Below, piece by piece: positions 1-7,975 of a stretch of 64,000 nt of DNA. Below the pieces are notes generated by a model. That model had not been told where the DNA came from. It searched no databases and worked only from the letters and a program-made list of their open reading frames with translations. The position numbers and the translations under genes were made by a program. The first letter of the stretch is position 1. Each line of letters opens with the position of its first letter. Location of the stretch: assembly GCA_965250155.1 (NCBI GenBank), contig OZ252291.1, positions 382-64,381 on the forward strand, in the 5' to 3' direction. Source of the stretch: Gemmatimonadales bacterium (GTDB taxonomy: Bacteria; Gemmatimonadota; Gemmatimonadetes; Gemmatimonadales; GWC2-71-9).

Positions 1-501
1 CCGCCAGGGGTCGGGAAGACGCATCTCGCCCTGAGCCTCGCCGTCGCCGCCGCCCAGAGCGGCCGCCGCATCTACTACGGCTCCCTGGGCGACCTCGTCG
101 CCTCCCTCGAGGAGGCGCAGACGGGGGGACGCTTGGTGCACCGGCTCAAGACGCTCACCTATCCGTCGCTGTTGATCGTGGATGAGATTGGCTATCTCCC
201 CATCAGTCGCAATGGCGCCATGCTCTTTTTCCAGCTCATGAGCCGGCGGTACGAACACGCCGCGACGATCCTGACCAGCAACAAGGGCTTTGAAGACTGG
301 GGCGCGATCTTCGGGGACGATGTCATGGCCGGCGCGCTTATCGACCGCCTGCTCCACCGCTGTCACATCGTCAACATCCGGGGGAACAGCTACCGCATAC
401 GAGATCACCGTGACATCTGGCAACGTCTCACCACCAGCGACGAGCCCCCCTCTCCACCCAAGAGACGGACCAAACCTAGGAAGGAGGCTGTGACGACGTG
501 A
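1..501 (+). CDS. istB: IS21-family transposition helper ATPase IstB (5' end outside window)
   Basis: Frame 1 from nt 1 reads PPGVGKTHLALSLAVAAAQ (Walker A), LLIVDEIGYLP (Walker B), TSNKGFEDWG, LIDRLLHRCHIV; this is the canonical IstB motif order. Stop at 499-501. Confidence 0.9.
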   Translation, partial: PPGVGKTHLALSLAVAAAQSGRRIYYGSLGDLVASLEEAQTGGRLVHRLKTLTYPSLLIVDEIGYLPISRNGAMLFFQLMSRRYEHAATILTSNKGFEDWGAIFGDDVMAGALIDRLLHRCHIVNIRGNSYRIRDHRDIWQRLTTSDEPPSPPKRRTKPRKEAVTT

Positions 502-568
502 GGCTCGTCACCTCAGAACGTGTACAATTTTCGCCGCCGTTTTTGTGCATTCCAAACCGCCGTTGACA
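1..568 (+). mobile_element. Right-hand part of an IS21-family insertion sequence; candidate terminus ...GTTGACA near nt 568
   Basis: istB is followed by two CCGCCGTT repeats (534-541, 557-564) and TTGACA at 563-568. A TPR-like minus-strand frame loses sense at about the same point. The exact end was not verified. Confidence 0.4.
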
Positions 569-570
569 CG

Positions 571-665
571 CCTCTGTCTTCCGACCCAGACCGGCATATG
601 CGAACGCCAGATCTTCAAGCGCGCGGTACTCCGGATCGATCGCGAACGCCGATTCTGAGGGGAGC
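571..665 (-). pseudogene. TPR-like repeat relic, apparently truncated by the IS21 element
   Basis: The minus frame reads SESAFAIDPEYRALEDLAFAYAGLGRKTEA, matching TPR consensus spacing. Only about one repeat is present and there is no start. Confidence 0.3.
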
Positions 666-717
666 GAAATCGAACGCAGTGCCCGGCTGTGGCCACGAGA
701 CGAAGGCCAAAATCCTT

Positions 718-853
718 CATATCGCCCTATGGGGCTAATGCTTCGGTGTGGCTGATGGCCGTCGTGGCCCCCGCCGCCTGACTGACGCCCGGCATCAAGA
801 CGCCTGCCCGACGACGAGACCGCCAAACCACCGACGGTGGTGCACGGGTAATA
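718..853 (+). repeat. Copy A of a 4-copy noncoding element (core CTGACTGACGCC...GACGCC.GCCCGACGACGAGACC)
   Basis: Core at 778-821, hairpin CCACC-GAC-GGTGG at 828-840, then GGGTAATA. The left flank has diverged and lacks the -35-like hexamer seen in the other copies. Confidence 0.7.
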
Positions 854-885
854 GGAGTTCACAGGCCAACTCTTCAGATGCCTCA

Positions 886-1197
886 CTAACCCTGCTCACC
901 TCCGTCCTCATCGTCGTACAATGACTCGTAGGTGTAGATCCCGGTCCCGTGTCCGTCGCTCCACCGCACACAAAACCCATACGCTCCCACCAGCTCGATA
1001 GAGAGAGGCCGCACGTCTTCGGGAACCGATGTAGGGTTCAACAGGTTCCTGCCCGTCATCTCATCCCGGCACTGGGCACATGGACACGCAAGTCGGAGGT
1101 CTCGGGCGGGGAACGCGGTCTCGTGGTCGGCGGACCACTTCAGAACGATCTGATGGTCGTCTCGGTGAATTTCAACGGGGATTGGAATACCGGACAT
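886..1197 (-). CDS. DUF971 (gamma-butyrobetaine hydroxylase-like N-terminal) domain protein
   Basis: [13 protein letters not shown]...[24 protein letters not shown] matches the DUF971 signature (CPCA.C ... W.DGH.tGiY). Confidence 0.8.
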   Translation of the reverse strand: MSGIPIPVEIHRDDHQIVLKWSADHETAFPARDLRLACPCAQCRDEMTGRNLLNPTSVPEDVRPLSIELVGAYGFCVRWSDGHGTGIYTYESLYDDEDGGEQG

Positions 1198-1264
1198 GGG
1201 TCAGTGGTCGAGTGCGAGACGCGCGAAGATGCCCAGAGCGAGCCCGTGACTCGCCCGTTTGTAG

Positions 1265-1312
1265 TCGGGGCGCCGGGATTTGAACCCGGGACCTCCTGCT
1301 CCCAAAGCGGGG
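1265..1312 (-). pseudogene. 3' half of a tRNA-Pro(TGG) gene (anticodon loop to discriminator only); att-site-like relic
   Basis: The reverse complement reads CCCGC-TTTGGGA-GCAGG-AGGTC-CCGGG-TTCAAAT-CCCGG-CGCCCCG-A. No acceptor 5' strand or D arm lies upstream. Confidence 0.75.
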
Positions 1313-1323
1313 ACAGGATGTAG

Positions 1324-1497
1324 TCACATACGACGAAATGTAGTACTTAAGCGGTGTTTCGAGCGTCGGTGTCGTATGTGGACTCGCTCAATCAGCACCT
1401 TTGTAGCACGATTGTGACCCCAATGTGACCCCACCGTAGAGATGCGGCCAGTGTGCACTTTGGCTCGAAGGAACGTTCCACCCTTCTTCGGCAGCAT
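1324..1497 (-). pseudogene. Possible N-terminal relic of a tyrosine integrase next to the tRNA-Pro half site
   Basis: The 57-codon frame starts MLPKKGGTFLRAKVHTGRISTVGS..., which resembles arm-binding N-termini of tRNA-targeting integrases. It is very short and no catalytic domain follows. Confidence 0.25.
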
Positions 1498-1523
1498 CAC
1501 ATCTGCGTCTGGAAGCATCTTCT

Positions 1524-2093
1524 CTACAGAGCGCCGACTATCGAAAGGGCAACTGTTAGAATGAGGAACTGAACCACCCAACCGATCACGCAAACACCGA
1601 TTGCGCGCCACGTGCTCGTGTAGTCAAGGGCCTGTCGGACGGCGATCACCATCGCTACGAGCATCCATATGCCCGCGACAAGAAAGAGCAGGGCGCGGAG
1701 GCCCGGGATGATCCCTAAGACCCGAATCAATCCCGGCGCGCTGGAAAAGCCGATCGTGCGCAGCAATTCCCTATGATCCGCCCTGGTCTGTGGCTCTGGC
1801 AGGAATTTTGTTCCTATGAAATAGGTGAGAAAGGCCCAGACGTACCATCCGATCAGAGCCCCAATCATACCGATGACGATTCCGAGCAGCCCCACATTCG
1901 CGCTCCCTATCCCAGCAGCTACTGCGGACAGGATGACCACGGTCATCGCTTGAGCCATCGCACCTTGATCGGCCTCCACCTCCTCATACAGCTGAACGTC
2001 CAGTCTAGCGGCGCGAATCATACGGTCTTGGAGACTAGCCACGTTTTTCTCCGATCGGATCACTGTGTGGAAGGTCAGTCGCTCGGTACACAT
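1524..2093 (-). CDS. Yip1-domain membrane protein (alternative start at 2021)
   Basis: Multiple TM segments and the motif LLRTIGFSSAPGLIRVLGIIP, typical of bacterial YIP1 family proteins. The N-terminus MIRAARLDVQLYEEVEAD would begin at 2021. Confidence 0.65.
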   Translation of the reverse strand: MCTERLTFHTVIRSEKNVASLQDRMIRAARLDVQLYEEVEADQGAMAQAMTVVILSAVAAGIGSANVGLLGIVIGMIGALIGWYVWAFLTYFIGTKFLPEPQTRADHRELLRTIGFSSAPGLIRVLGIIPGLRALLFLVAGIWMLVAMVIAVRQALDYTSTWRAIGVCVIGWVVQFLILTVALSIVGAL

Positions 2094-2403
2094 TCATCTA
2101 CCTGCGTCGCCGACCAAACGCGCGGAATGCTGATCCCAAAGATGGATCTATGAAGGAGTGCCCGCTAGAGGCGCAGGTGTGTAGGCAACACTCGGCCGGG
2201 AGACCGTGGCCATGCCGCTGGCGCCAAGTTCCTTCTTGGAGGGGCCTGCGAGCCGGAGTGCCCGGTGACCGCGATCTTCGCCGAAGAGGACGTGCCCTGG
2301 GAAAGCTGGTTTCGTTACGCTACTAGATTGGCAGCGAGCTGGCAACGATGAGGCAGAGCCTGGATTAGCTGTGATGCCTATCTAGGCGTCGAAATCCAGG
2401 CTC

Positions 2404-2721
2404 CTATGTGTCAGTTGGTGTCATCGTCTTCGAGCGTTGCTGTTCGTCCATGATAACCACCATCCCCATGCCATCTGGCCGCACCACAAGTGCAACGCGG
2501 GCGGTACCGTCCGGCGCGGTAAGCTGGATCTGCGGCATCTGGTTCCACGAGATCCCGACGATCACGCGCGTTTGGCCATCGGCATCGAGAAATGCCAAGG
2601 AGGGAGCCTCCGAATCTTCCTCATAGGCCAACACCGCACGGAGGCGACCGTGCCGATCGACCAGTTCCAATCGCTCGGTTCGCACGATTTTATCCACCAT
2701 GTCGGAGACCTCCTTGGGCAA
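2404..2721 (-). CDS. Hypothetical small protein with repeated D.dG..R beta-strand motifs
   Basis: 105-aa ORF with protein-like composition (LVDRHGRLRAVL, LDADGQTRVIV, APDGTARVALV). I do not recognise the family. Confidence 0.45.
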   Translation of the reverse strand: MPKEVSDMVDKIVRTERLELVDRHGRLRAVLAYEEDSEAPSLAFLDADGQTRVIVGISWNQMPQIQLTAPDGTARVALVVRPDGMGMVVIMDEQQRSKTMTPTDT

Positions 2722-2983
2722 AAGGCGTGAATTCGGGTTCGAGCCCCCTCAGCGATGCGGAACTAGACGTCTCTATCCACTCTAGCACTTCTCATCGCCA
2801 AACCCGACCTCTTTGTGCGAATTGTCACAGAACGGCTTCTTCTTCTAGTACAATACACACTCCAAGGACAGCCTGTCGAAACCCGGCTCCCATCAGGACA
2901 TCGTGGCACCTACAACCACTGGCCGCCACCCCGCGGTTGACGGTGCGTCATAACGTGTCTTAATTCACCACCTTGACCGGCCA

Positions 2984-3024
2984 GGACAGGTGGCCGAGTG
3001 GTCGAAGGCGCGCGCCTGGAGAGC
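2984..3024 (+). pseudogene. tRNA-Ser(GGA)-like 5' half (acceptor 5' strand, D arm, anticodon loop) without a functional 3' half
   Basis: GGACAGG-TG-GCC-GAGTGGTCGAA-GGC-G-CGCGC-CTGGAGA. The 3' anticodon stem does not pair, the T loop is replaced by GGCAGGG-CGAG-CCCTGCC, and there is no complementary acceptor 3' strand. Confidence 0.4.
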
Positions 3025-3214
3025 CGTGGCGGGGGACGCCTCGGGCAGGGCGAGCCCTGCCGTGACCCACGTCATCAAGTACGCGATGAGACAAGCGGCT
3101 CCGAACTTTGGCATGTGAGTTTTCGAGGGGAGCGCACACGCCGGTCTATGGGCATCGCCGTCGGCGAGGCCGGGGAACGATCTGTCATCTGAAGGGGACG
3201 GAGTCCGGCACGAG

Positions 3215-4810
3215 ATGAGTCACCGAGTGGTCATCGTCGGCGGCGGGTTCGGCGGGTTGTACGCGGCCCAAAAGCTCAAGAGAGCCGACGTCAATGTGAC
3301 TTTATTGGACCGGCGCAACTTCCATGTGTTCCAACCGCTGCTCTACCAGGTCGCTACCGGCGGGCTCTCCCCCAGCAACATTTCGTCGCCGCTTCGTGAG
3401 GTGCTCCGCTATCAAAGGAACGCGCGGGTCCTCCTCGCCGAGGTGGTCGACCTGGACGTCGCGGCTCGGCGGGTGGTGCTCGCCGAGGGCGATTTCGTCG
3501 AGTACGACTCGTTGATCGTCTCCGCCGGAGCCAGTCACCACTACTTCGGACACGATGGATGGCAGGACCACGCCCCGGGATTGAAGACCATCGAGGACGC
3601 CATCGAGATGCGCCGGAGGATTCTGTACGCTTTCGAGGCCGCGGAGCGGGAAACCGATCCGGATCGGCGGCGGGCCTGGTTGAACTTCGTGGTGGTCGGG
3701 GCGGGACCCACCGGAGTGGAACTGGCGGGAGCCCTGGGCGAGCTCGCCAACGACACGCTCAAGCACGAGTTCCGGGCCATCGACCCTGCCGATGCCAACA
3801 TCGTCCTGGTGGAGGGCACCGACCGCGTGCTGCCGACATATCCCGCGGACCTCTCGGCAAAGGCCCACCGATCTCTCCGGCGGCTGGGAGTGACCGTGCG
3901 GCTCGGCTCCTACGTCACCGACGTGAAGCCCGAGGCCATCACCATCGAATCCCACAGCGATCTGTTTGTCGTGCCCACGCGATGCGTGCTGTGGGCGGCA
4001 GGCGTGCAGGCGTCGCCGTTGGCGAAACTCGTCGCCGGGCAAACCGGAGGAGAACAAGACGCCGCCGACCGGATTCTCGTCAACCCGGACCTCAGCGTCG
4101 CGGATCACAGCGAGATCATGGTGATCGGAGACATGGCGCACTTCGCGCACCAAACCGGCAGGCCGCTTCCGGGCGTCGCACCCGTGGCGATGCAACAGGG
4201 CCGGTATGCGGCCAAGCGCATCGCCAATCAACTGGCGGGCCGGAGTTCCCCTCCCTTCGAATACATTGATAAGGGGAGCCTGGCGACGATCGGCCGCAGC
4301 GCGGCGGTAGCAGACTTCGGACGGTTGAGATTCTCGGGGTTTTCGGCATGGGTGTTGTGGCTGTCCATCCACCTGCTATTCCTGATAGAGTTTCGGAATC
4401 GCGTCCTCGTGACCATTCAATGGGCGTGGAGTTACTTCACGCGGAACCGGGGAACGAGACTGATTTTCCGGAGGACCCAGCCGGGGCGCTCCGACAATCG
4501 GCGGCGAAGAGGATTCACCCAACTAACTCCCAGGGAGGGAGCTCGACTTGGAAACTCGATCACTGGGGCCCGGCCCCCCACGTGGCAGCCATCTCGTTCG
4601 GCGGCATGCCATTCTCGATTCGGAATCGTCCCGACGAAGCCACCGGCATCGCAGTGCTGCACGCCGTCCTGGATGCCGTCATCTGGCCCCGAGCGTCCCA
4701 GCGCGTTCGGGGCTGCTTACGCCACGCTGACGGCTCGGGGTTTATCTGATGGCAATCACCGGGGAGCAACTCCACGCCGTACAAGAAACGTTGTCGGACG
4801 AACTACCTGA
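3215..4810 (+). CDS. ndh: Type II NADH dehydrogenase (NDH-2) with an anomalous 113-codon C-terminal tail
   Basis: VVIVGGGFGGLYAA, FQPLLYQVATG, VVVGAGPTGVELAG, and C-terminal FRNRVLVTIQWAWSYFTRNRGTRLIF. The tail after about nt 4469 is Arg/Pro/Ser-rich. Confidence 0.85.
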   Translation: MSHRVVIVGGGFGGLYAAQKLKRADVNVTLLDRRNFHVFQPLLYQVATGGLSPSNISSPLREVLRYQRNARVLLAEVVDLDVAARRVVLAEGDFVEYDSLIVSAGASHHYFGHDGWQDHAPGLKTIEDAIEMRRRILYAFEAAERETDPDRRRAWLNFVVVGAGPTGVELAGALGELANDTLKHEFRAIDPADANIVLVEGTDRVLPTYPADLSAKAHRSLRRLGVTVRLGSYVTDVKPEAITIESHSDLFVVPTRCVLWAAGVQASPLAKLVAGQTGGEQDAADRILVNPDLSVADHSEIMVIGDMAHFAHQTGRPLPGVAPVAMQQGRYAAKRIANQLAGRSSPPFEYIDKGSLATIGRSAAVADFGRLRFSGFSAWVLWLSIHLLFLIEFRNRVLVTIQWAWSYFTRNRGTRLIFRRTQPGRSDNRRRRGFTQLTPREGARLGNSITGARPPTWQPSRSAACHSRFGIVPTKPPASQCCTPSWMPSSGPERPSAFGAAYATLTARGLSDGNHRGATPRRTRNVVGRTT

Positions 4811-5060
4811 CGCCGACAGCGTGCGTGTGGACGTGAACGAACCCAACCTGGCAAAGTTTGTCGTGTTGGTGGGTGAGCAGCAGCGCTACCGACTCGCCGT
4901 GACGCATGACTTCTTCACAGTCTACCAAACTCCCAACGCAGTCATTGCGGAATTGGAGACCCGATTCGTAGCGCGAGAGTTGCGTGACAACCCGGAGAGA
5001 TGGCTCTTGCTTGGTCGCGACGGACCGCCCGTTTTTGTTGCGGGGATACACCGCGGGTGA
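4749..5060 (+). CDS. Hypothetical protein (103 aa)
   Basis: Balanced, protein-like composition. The ATG overlaps the TGA of the 4348-4749 frame (TGATG). No family recognised. Confidence 0.5.
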   Translation: MAITGEQLHAVQETLSDELPDADSVRVDVNEPNLAKFVVLVGEQQRYRLAVTHDFFTVYQTPNAVIAELETRFVARELRDNPERWLLLGRDGPPVFVAGIHRG

Positions 5061-5076
5061 TGCATCGTTGCCACTA

Positions 5077-5212
5077 TTGTGGGCCTGTGTACCCAGCGTC
5101 ATTCTCTTGTCTTAGAGGGTGGTCTTCGTGGCCCATCGCCTGACTGACGCCCCGTAGGACGCCCGCCCGACGACGTGACCGCCCGGTGGCACCACCGCCG
5201 GCGGGTATGAAT
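5077..5212 (+). repeat. Copy B of the 4-copy noncoding element, with promoter-like TTGTGG-17nt-CATTCT
   Basis: Hexamers at 5077-5082 and 5100-5105, core at 5140-5180, hairpin CGGTG-GCAC-CACCG at 5184-5197. It lies 98 nt upstream of, and co-oriented with, the 5310 gene. Confidence 0.7.
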
Positions 5213-5309
5213 TTCCCTGTCCTCGGAGGGTTCCGATGACCGCCGTACCCAGTCGAGACATCGAAGGTTTCTTGCCCATTCATCGCCGAGAGTTTGAGGA
5301 GGAGATATC

Positions 5310-5576
5310 ATGGGGCAGTACGAAGCAGGAGTATACATCGTTCTTGTTATCTTCCTGAGCATCATCGTGTTCACGGCTCTGATTATCCGTTTCAATCTCA
5401 AGAAAAAAGAGCTGGAGATGCGAGGCAGCAATGCGGAGTTGGGACCGGAGGTCGATGCGCTGCGTGACAATCTGGCCGATATGCAGGAACACACACGAGC
5501 ACATTTGGCCGACAGTTCCCGGCCAGTGAGGTTCATGGTCTCCTTTCCTTTGGATTATTCCAGCGGATCCTGCTAA
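5310..5576 (+). CDS. Small single-pass membrane protein, hypothetical
   Basis: The N-terminal TM is VYIVLVIFLSIIVFTALII, followed by a charged helical segment. SD GAGGAGGAG lies upstream. The sequence here is visibly more AT-rich than its surroundings. Confidence 0.5.
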   Translation: MGQYEAGVYIVLVIFLSIIVFTALIIRFNLKKKELEMRGSNAELGPEVDALRDNLADMQEHTRAHLADSSRPVRFMVSFPLDYSSGSC

Positions 5577-5621
5577 TTTGAAACAGACTAGGGATTCGGC
5601 CCCTCTCCTCTGTTTATCAAG

Positions 5622-5788
5622 AACTGGTCGCTGCGCAATGTCCAGATCAAGCTTATCGAGATCGGGGCACGGCTGGTGCGCCACGCCCGGCGGCTGGTGT
5701 TCCAATTGGCTGAGGTGACCGTGCCGCCCGAGTGCTGTTCCAGGGGGTGCTGGACCGTATTGGCAGGTTATGTCCGGTGCCTGGCTAA
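5622..5788 (+). pseudogene. C-terminal remnant of a DDE transposase (IS4/IS1380-like tail), frameshifted
   Basis: Reads NWSLRNVQIKLIEIGARLVRHARRLVFQLAEVTVP, then after a frameshift near 5726 continues ARVLFQGVLDRIGRLCPVPG*. This matches the conserved transposase tail as I recall it. Nothing upstream belongs to it. Confidence 0.6.
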
Positions 5789-6051
5789 GGAAGGGGAGAT
5801 TCTCACGAGAAGGAGGTGGAGGCTCCTGGGGAGCCGTATCCCCTTGAGGGGGCTCAAGAAGTCCCTGGCGGGCCGCAATGACGATCAAGCTGGACAAGAA
5901 GGGTGGTTTACGACTGAAATCGTTGTTCTGTTGGAGATACCTGGGATTGACCGGCATCGAAAGACTCGCTTACGATGTCGCCGTCTCCGTTGGGCTAACA
6001 ACAAAGCCTGAGGCCAGCTGAACTGGGAAATCCCGGTTTGTAGGAGGACAA

Positions 6052-7260
6052 ATGTCGGCGAAACAGAAAATCGTCTGTGTACTCTACGATGACCCCGTGG
6101 GAGGTTATCCACCTCAATATGCACGACAGGGTATACCTGTTCTCGCGGCATACCCGGGTGGTCAGACTATGCCCTCACCGGCTGCAATCGACTTTGTTCC
6201 TGGGGAATTACTCGGATCGGTTTCAGGCGGACTAGGACTGCGCAACTTCGTTGAAAGTCGTGGCCACAGCTTGGTTATTACCGCTGATAAAGATGGACCC
6301 GATTCGGTCCTTGAGAAGGAGCTCGTGGACGCTGATGTGGTGATCTCTCAGCCGTTCTGGCCCGCCTACATTACTGCGGATCGAATAGCGAAAGCGCCCA
6401 ACTTGCGGCTGGCTATTACCGCGGGAATCGGGTCTGACCACGTTGACCTACAGGCGGCAATCGATAGGAATATCACCGTTTGTGAAGTCACCTATTGCAA
6501 TAGCATCAGCGTTGCTGAGCACGCGGTAATGCAGATCCTCGCGCTGGTCCGGGACTACATTCCGCAATACCACTTGGTAGTGAATGGCGGTTGGAATATC
6601 GCGGACGCCATATCGAGGTCGTACGACATCGAGGGGATGAGCGTCGGTGTCGTTGGGAGTGGGCGTATCGGGTTGGCGGTGTTGAAGCGCATGAAACCCT
6701 TCGATGTAGCCTTACACTACACTGACCGCCACCGGCTACCCACCCAAGTTGAGGAAGAGCTCGGTCTGACGTTCCATTCCGATGTAGAGTCTCTGGTCAA
6801 AGTATGCGATGTCGTGAGCATTCATTGCCCATTGCATCCAGAGACAGAGCATCTCTTTAACGACAAGCTCATCGGCAAAATGAAGCGAGGCTCGTATATC
6901 GTCAACACAGCACGGGGGAAGATTTGCGAGCGGAACGCAATCGTGAAAGCGCTCGAGACCGGCCAGTTAGCCGGTTATGCGGGCGATGTCTGGTTCCCGC
7001 AGCCGCCGCCAAAGGACCATCCCTGGCGGACTATGCCCAACCATGCGATGACCCCGCACACATCTGGCACTTCACTGTCAGCCCAGGCTCGTTACGCTGC
7101 TGGAGTTCGGGAGATCCTGGAGTGTTGGTTTGATGGTAGGCCAATCAGGGACGAATACCTCATCGTCCAAGGTGGCCATCTTGCTGGTGCGGGCGCGCAT
7201 TCCTACAGTGAAGGAGATACCACCGGCGGTTCAGACGAAGCCACCAGATTCAAGACGTAA
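6052..7260 (+). CDS. fdh: NAD+-dependent formate dehydrogenase
   Basis: IVCVLYDDPVGGYP, FWPAYITADRIAKAPNLRLAITAGIGSDHVDL, GVVGSGRIGLAV, NTARGKICE, PQPPPKDHPWRTMP: full-length match to the Pseudomonas sp. 101-type FDH family. Confidence 0.9.
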   Translation: MSAKQKIVCVLYDDPVGGYPPQYARQGIPVLAAYPGGQTMPSPAAIDFVPGELLGSVSGGLGLRNFVESRGHSLVITADKDGPDSVLEKELVDADVVISQPFWPAYITADRIAKAPNLRLAITAGIGSDHVDLQAAIDRNITVCEVTYCNSISVAEHAVMQILALVRDYIPQYHLVVNGGWNIADAISRSYDIEGMSVGVVGSGRIGLAVLKRMKPFDVALHYTDRHRLPTQVEEELGLTFHSDVESLVKVCDVVSIHCPLHPETEHLFNDKLIGKMKRGSYIVNTARGKICERNAIVKALETGQLAGYAGDVWFPQPPPKDHPWRTMPNHAMTPHTSGTSLSAQARYAAGVREILECWFDGRPIRDEYLIVQGGHLAGAGAHSYSEGDTTGGSDEATRFKT

Positions 7261-7286
7261 TGGAATCGTGGCACCCCCGGGGGAGT

Positions 7287-7307
7287 ATGAGGGGCGCGGC
7301 CCCTCAT
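7287..7307 (+). terminator. Hairpin ATGAGGGGC-GCG-GCCCCTCAT just after fdh
   Basis: Perfect 9-bp stem 27 nt downstream of the fdh stop, followed by a weak T-tract (TCATTAAC). Confidence 0.45.
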
Positions 7308-7369
7308 TCATTAACTGGGAGGCCGGGTGGGATTCAAATGATTTTTTTGGTGAAGCATTTAGTTGTATA

Positions 7370-7540
7370 GCCCCTTCGAGCGTGGCGCCAGTCGCGGAAG
7401 CCACCGCAGAACGCGCCTACATCAGGTTCCATGGCCGTAATCGGGACACCTGGAAGAAGCGGGAAGCGGGGAATCACGGCCAACGAGCGGTTCAATTACT
7501 GGTACACTACTGAAGACTTCAAGGAGTGGGAGTCTCAAAC
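7370..7540 (+). pseudogene. DUF72 family gene remnant, frameshifted and truncated
   Basis: VAPVAEATAERAYIRFHGRNRDTWKKR, then in another frame ITANERFNYWYTTEDFKEWES. This matches the DUF72 motif ...RlHGRN..W....RydYlYs.eEL..W. Both ends are missing. Confidence 0.6.
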
Positions 7541-7582
7541 TGGTCATCTGACGCTGGTGCAGAGGCGGGGGGACTATAGGTC

Positions 7583-7975
7583 ATGACTCGTGAGCTCCAG
7601 TGGCGCGAGGTCGACGTACCAGCGCTCAACCAGGCCCTATCGTCAGGACAGACGTACTACGTGCCCCCCGAGCTGATGCCGGACTGGGCTCAAGAACTCA
7701 AGACGGTGAGCGGAGCGTGGCTCCACTACCATGGAGGCCAACCTGCCGGTTCCACGGTGAGCCTCTCAACTTCGCAGGCACAGGCCAGGCTTGATATAGA
7801 GCGTTTTGATCCTACAGACGCGGGCCTGTTGAAGTACGACCGATACTACTTCATCAAGATGGTCGATCAGCGAGTTTTTCAGATAGGCCCGTTCAAGAAT
7901 GTTGATTACGGGCATCACCTGCGCGAGCGGCCGAGGTGGGCGCTTGACTATAGCTCTGAGTCGGCAAGCCTGTGA
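7583..7975 (+). CDS. Hypothetical protein (130 aa)
   Basis: ORF with protein-like composition; no family recognised. Confidence 0.4.
   Translation: MTRELQWREVDVPALNQALSSGQTYYVPPELMPDWAQELKTVSGAWLHYHGGQPAGSTVSLSTSQAQARLDIERFDPTDAGLLKYDRYYFIKMVDQRVFQIGPFKNVDYGHHLRERPRWALDYSSESASL

Noticed and set aside
476-886. 136-aa minus-strand ORF
   Set aside because: It is a composite of the antisense of repeat copy A, one TPR-like relic and IS21 terminal sequence.
2984-3075. tRNA-Sec (selC) candidate, considered because selA is present and the variable-arm-like hairpin GGCG-GGGGA-CGCC exists
   Set aside because: There is no TCA anticodon, no pairing 3' acceptor strand, and the T arm is not tRNA-like.
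3302-4372. 356-aa minus-strand ORF opposite ndh
   Set aside because: ndh has full-length family motifs on the plus strand. The antisense frame is Arg/Pro/Gly-rich.
4348-4749. 133-aa ORF overlapping the ndh tail and ending in TGATG with the next gene
   Set aside because: The stop/start overlap is suggestive, but the translated sequence is not convincingly protein-like and has no recognisable family. It is mentioned only under the ndh-tail finding.
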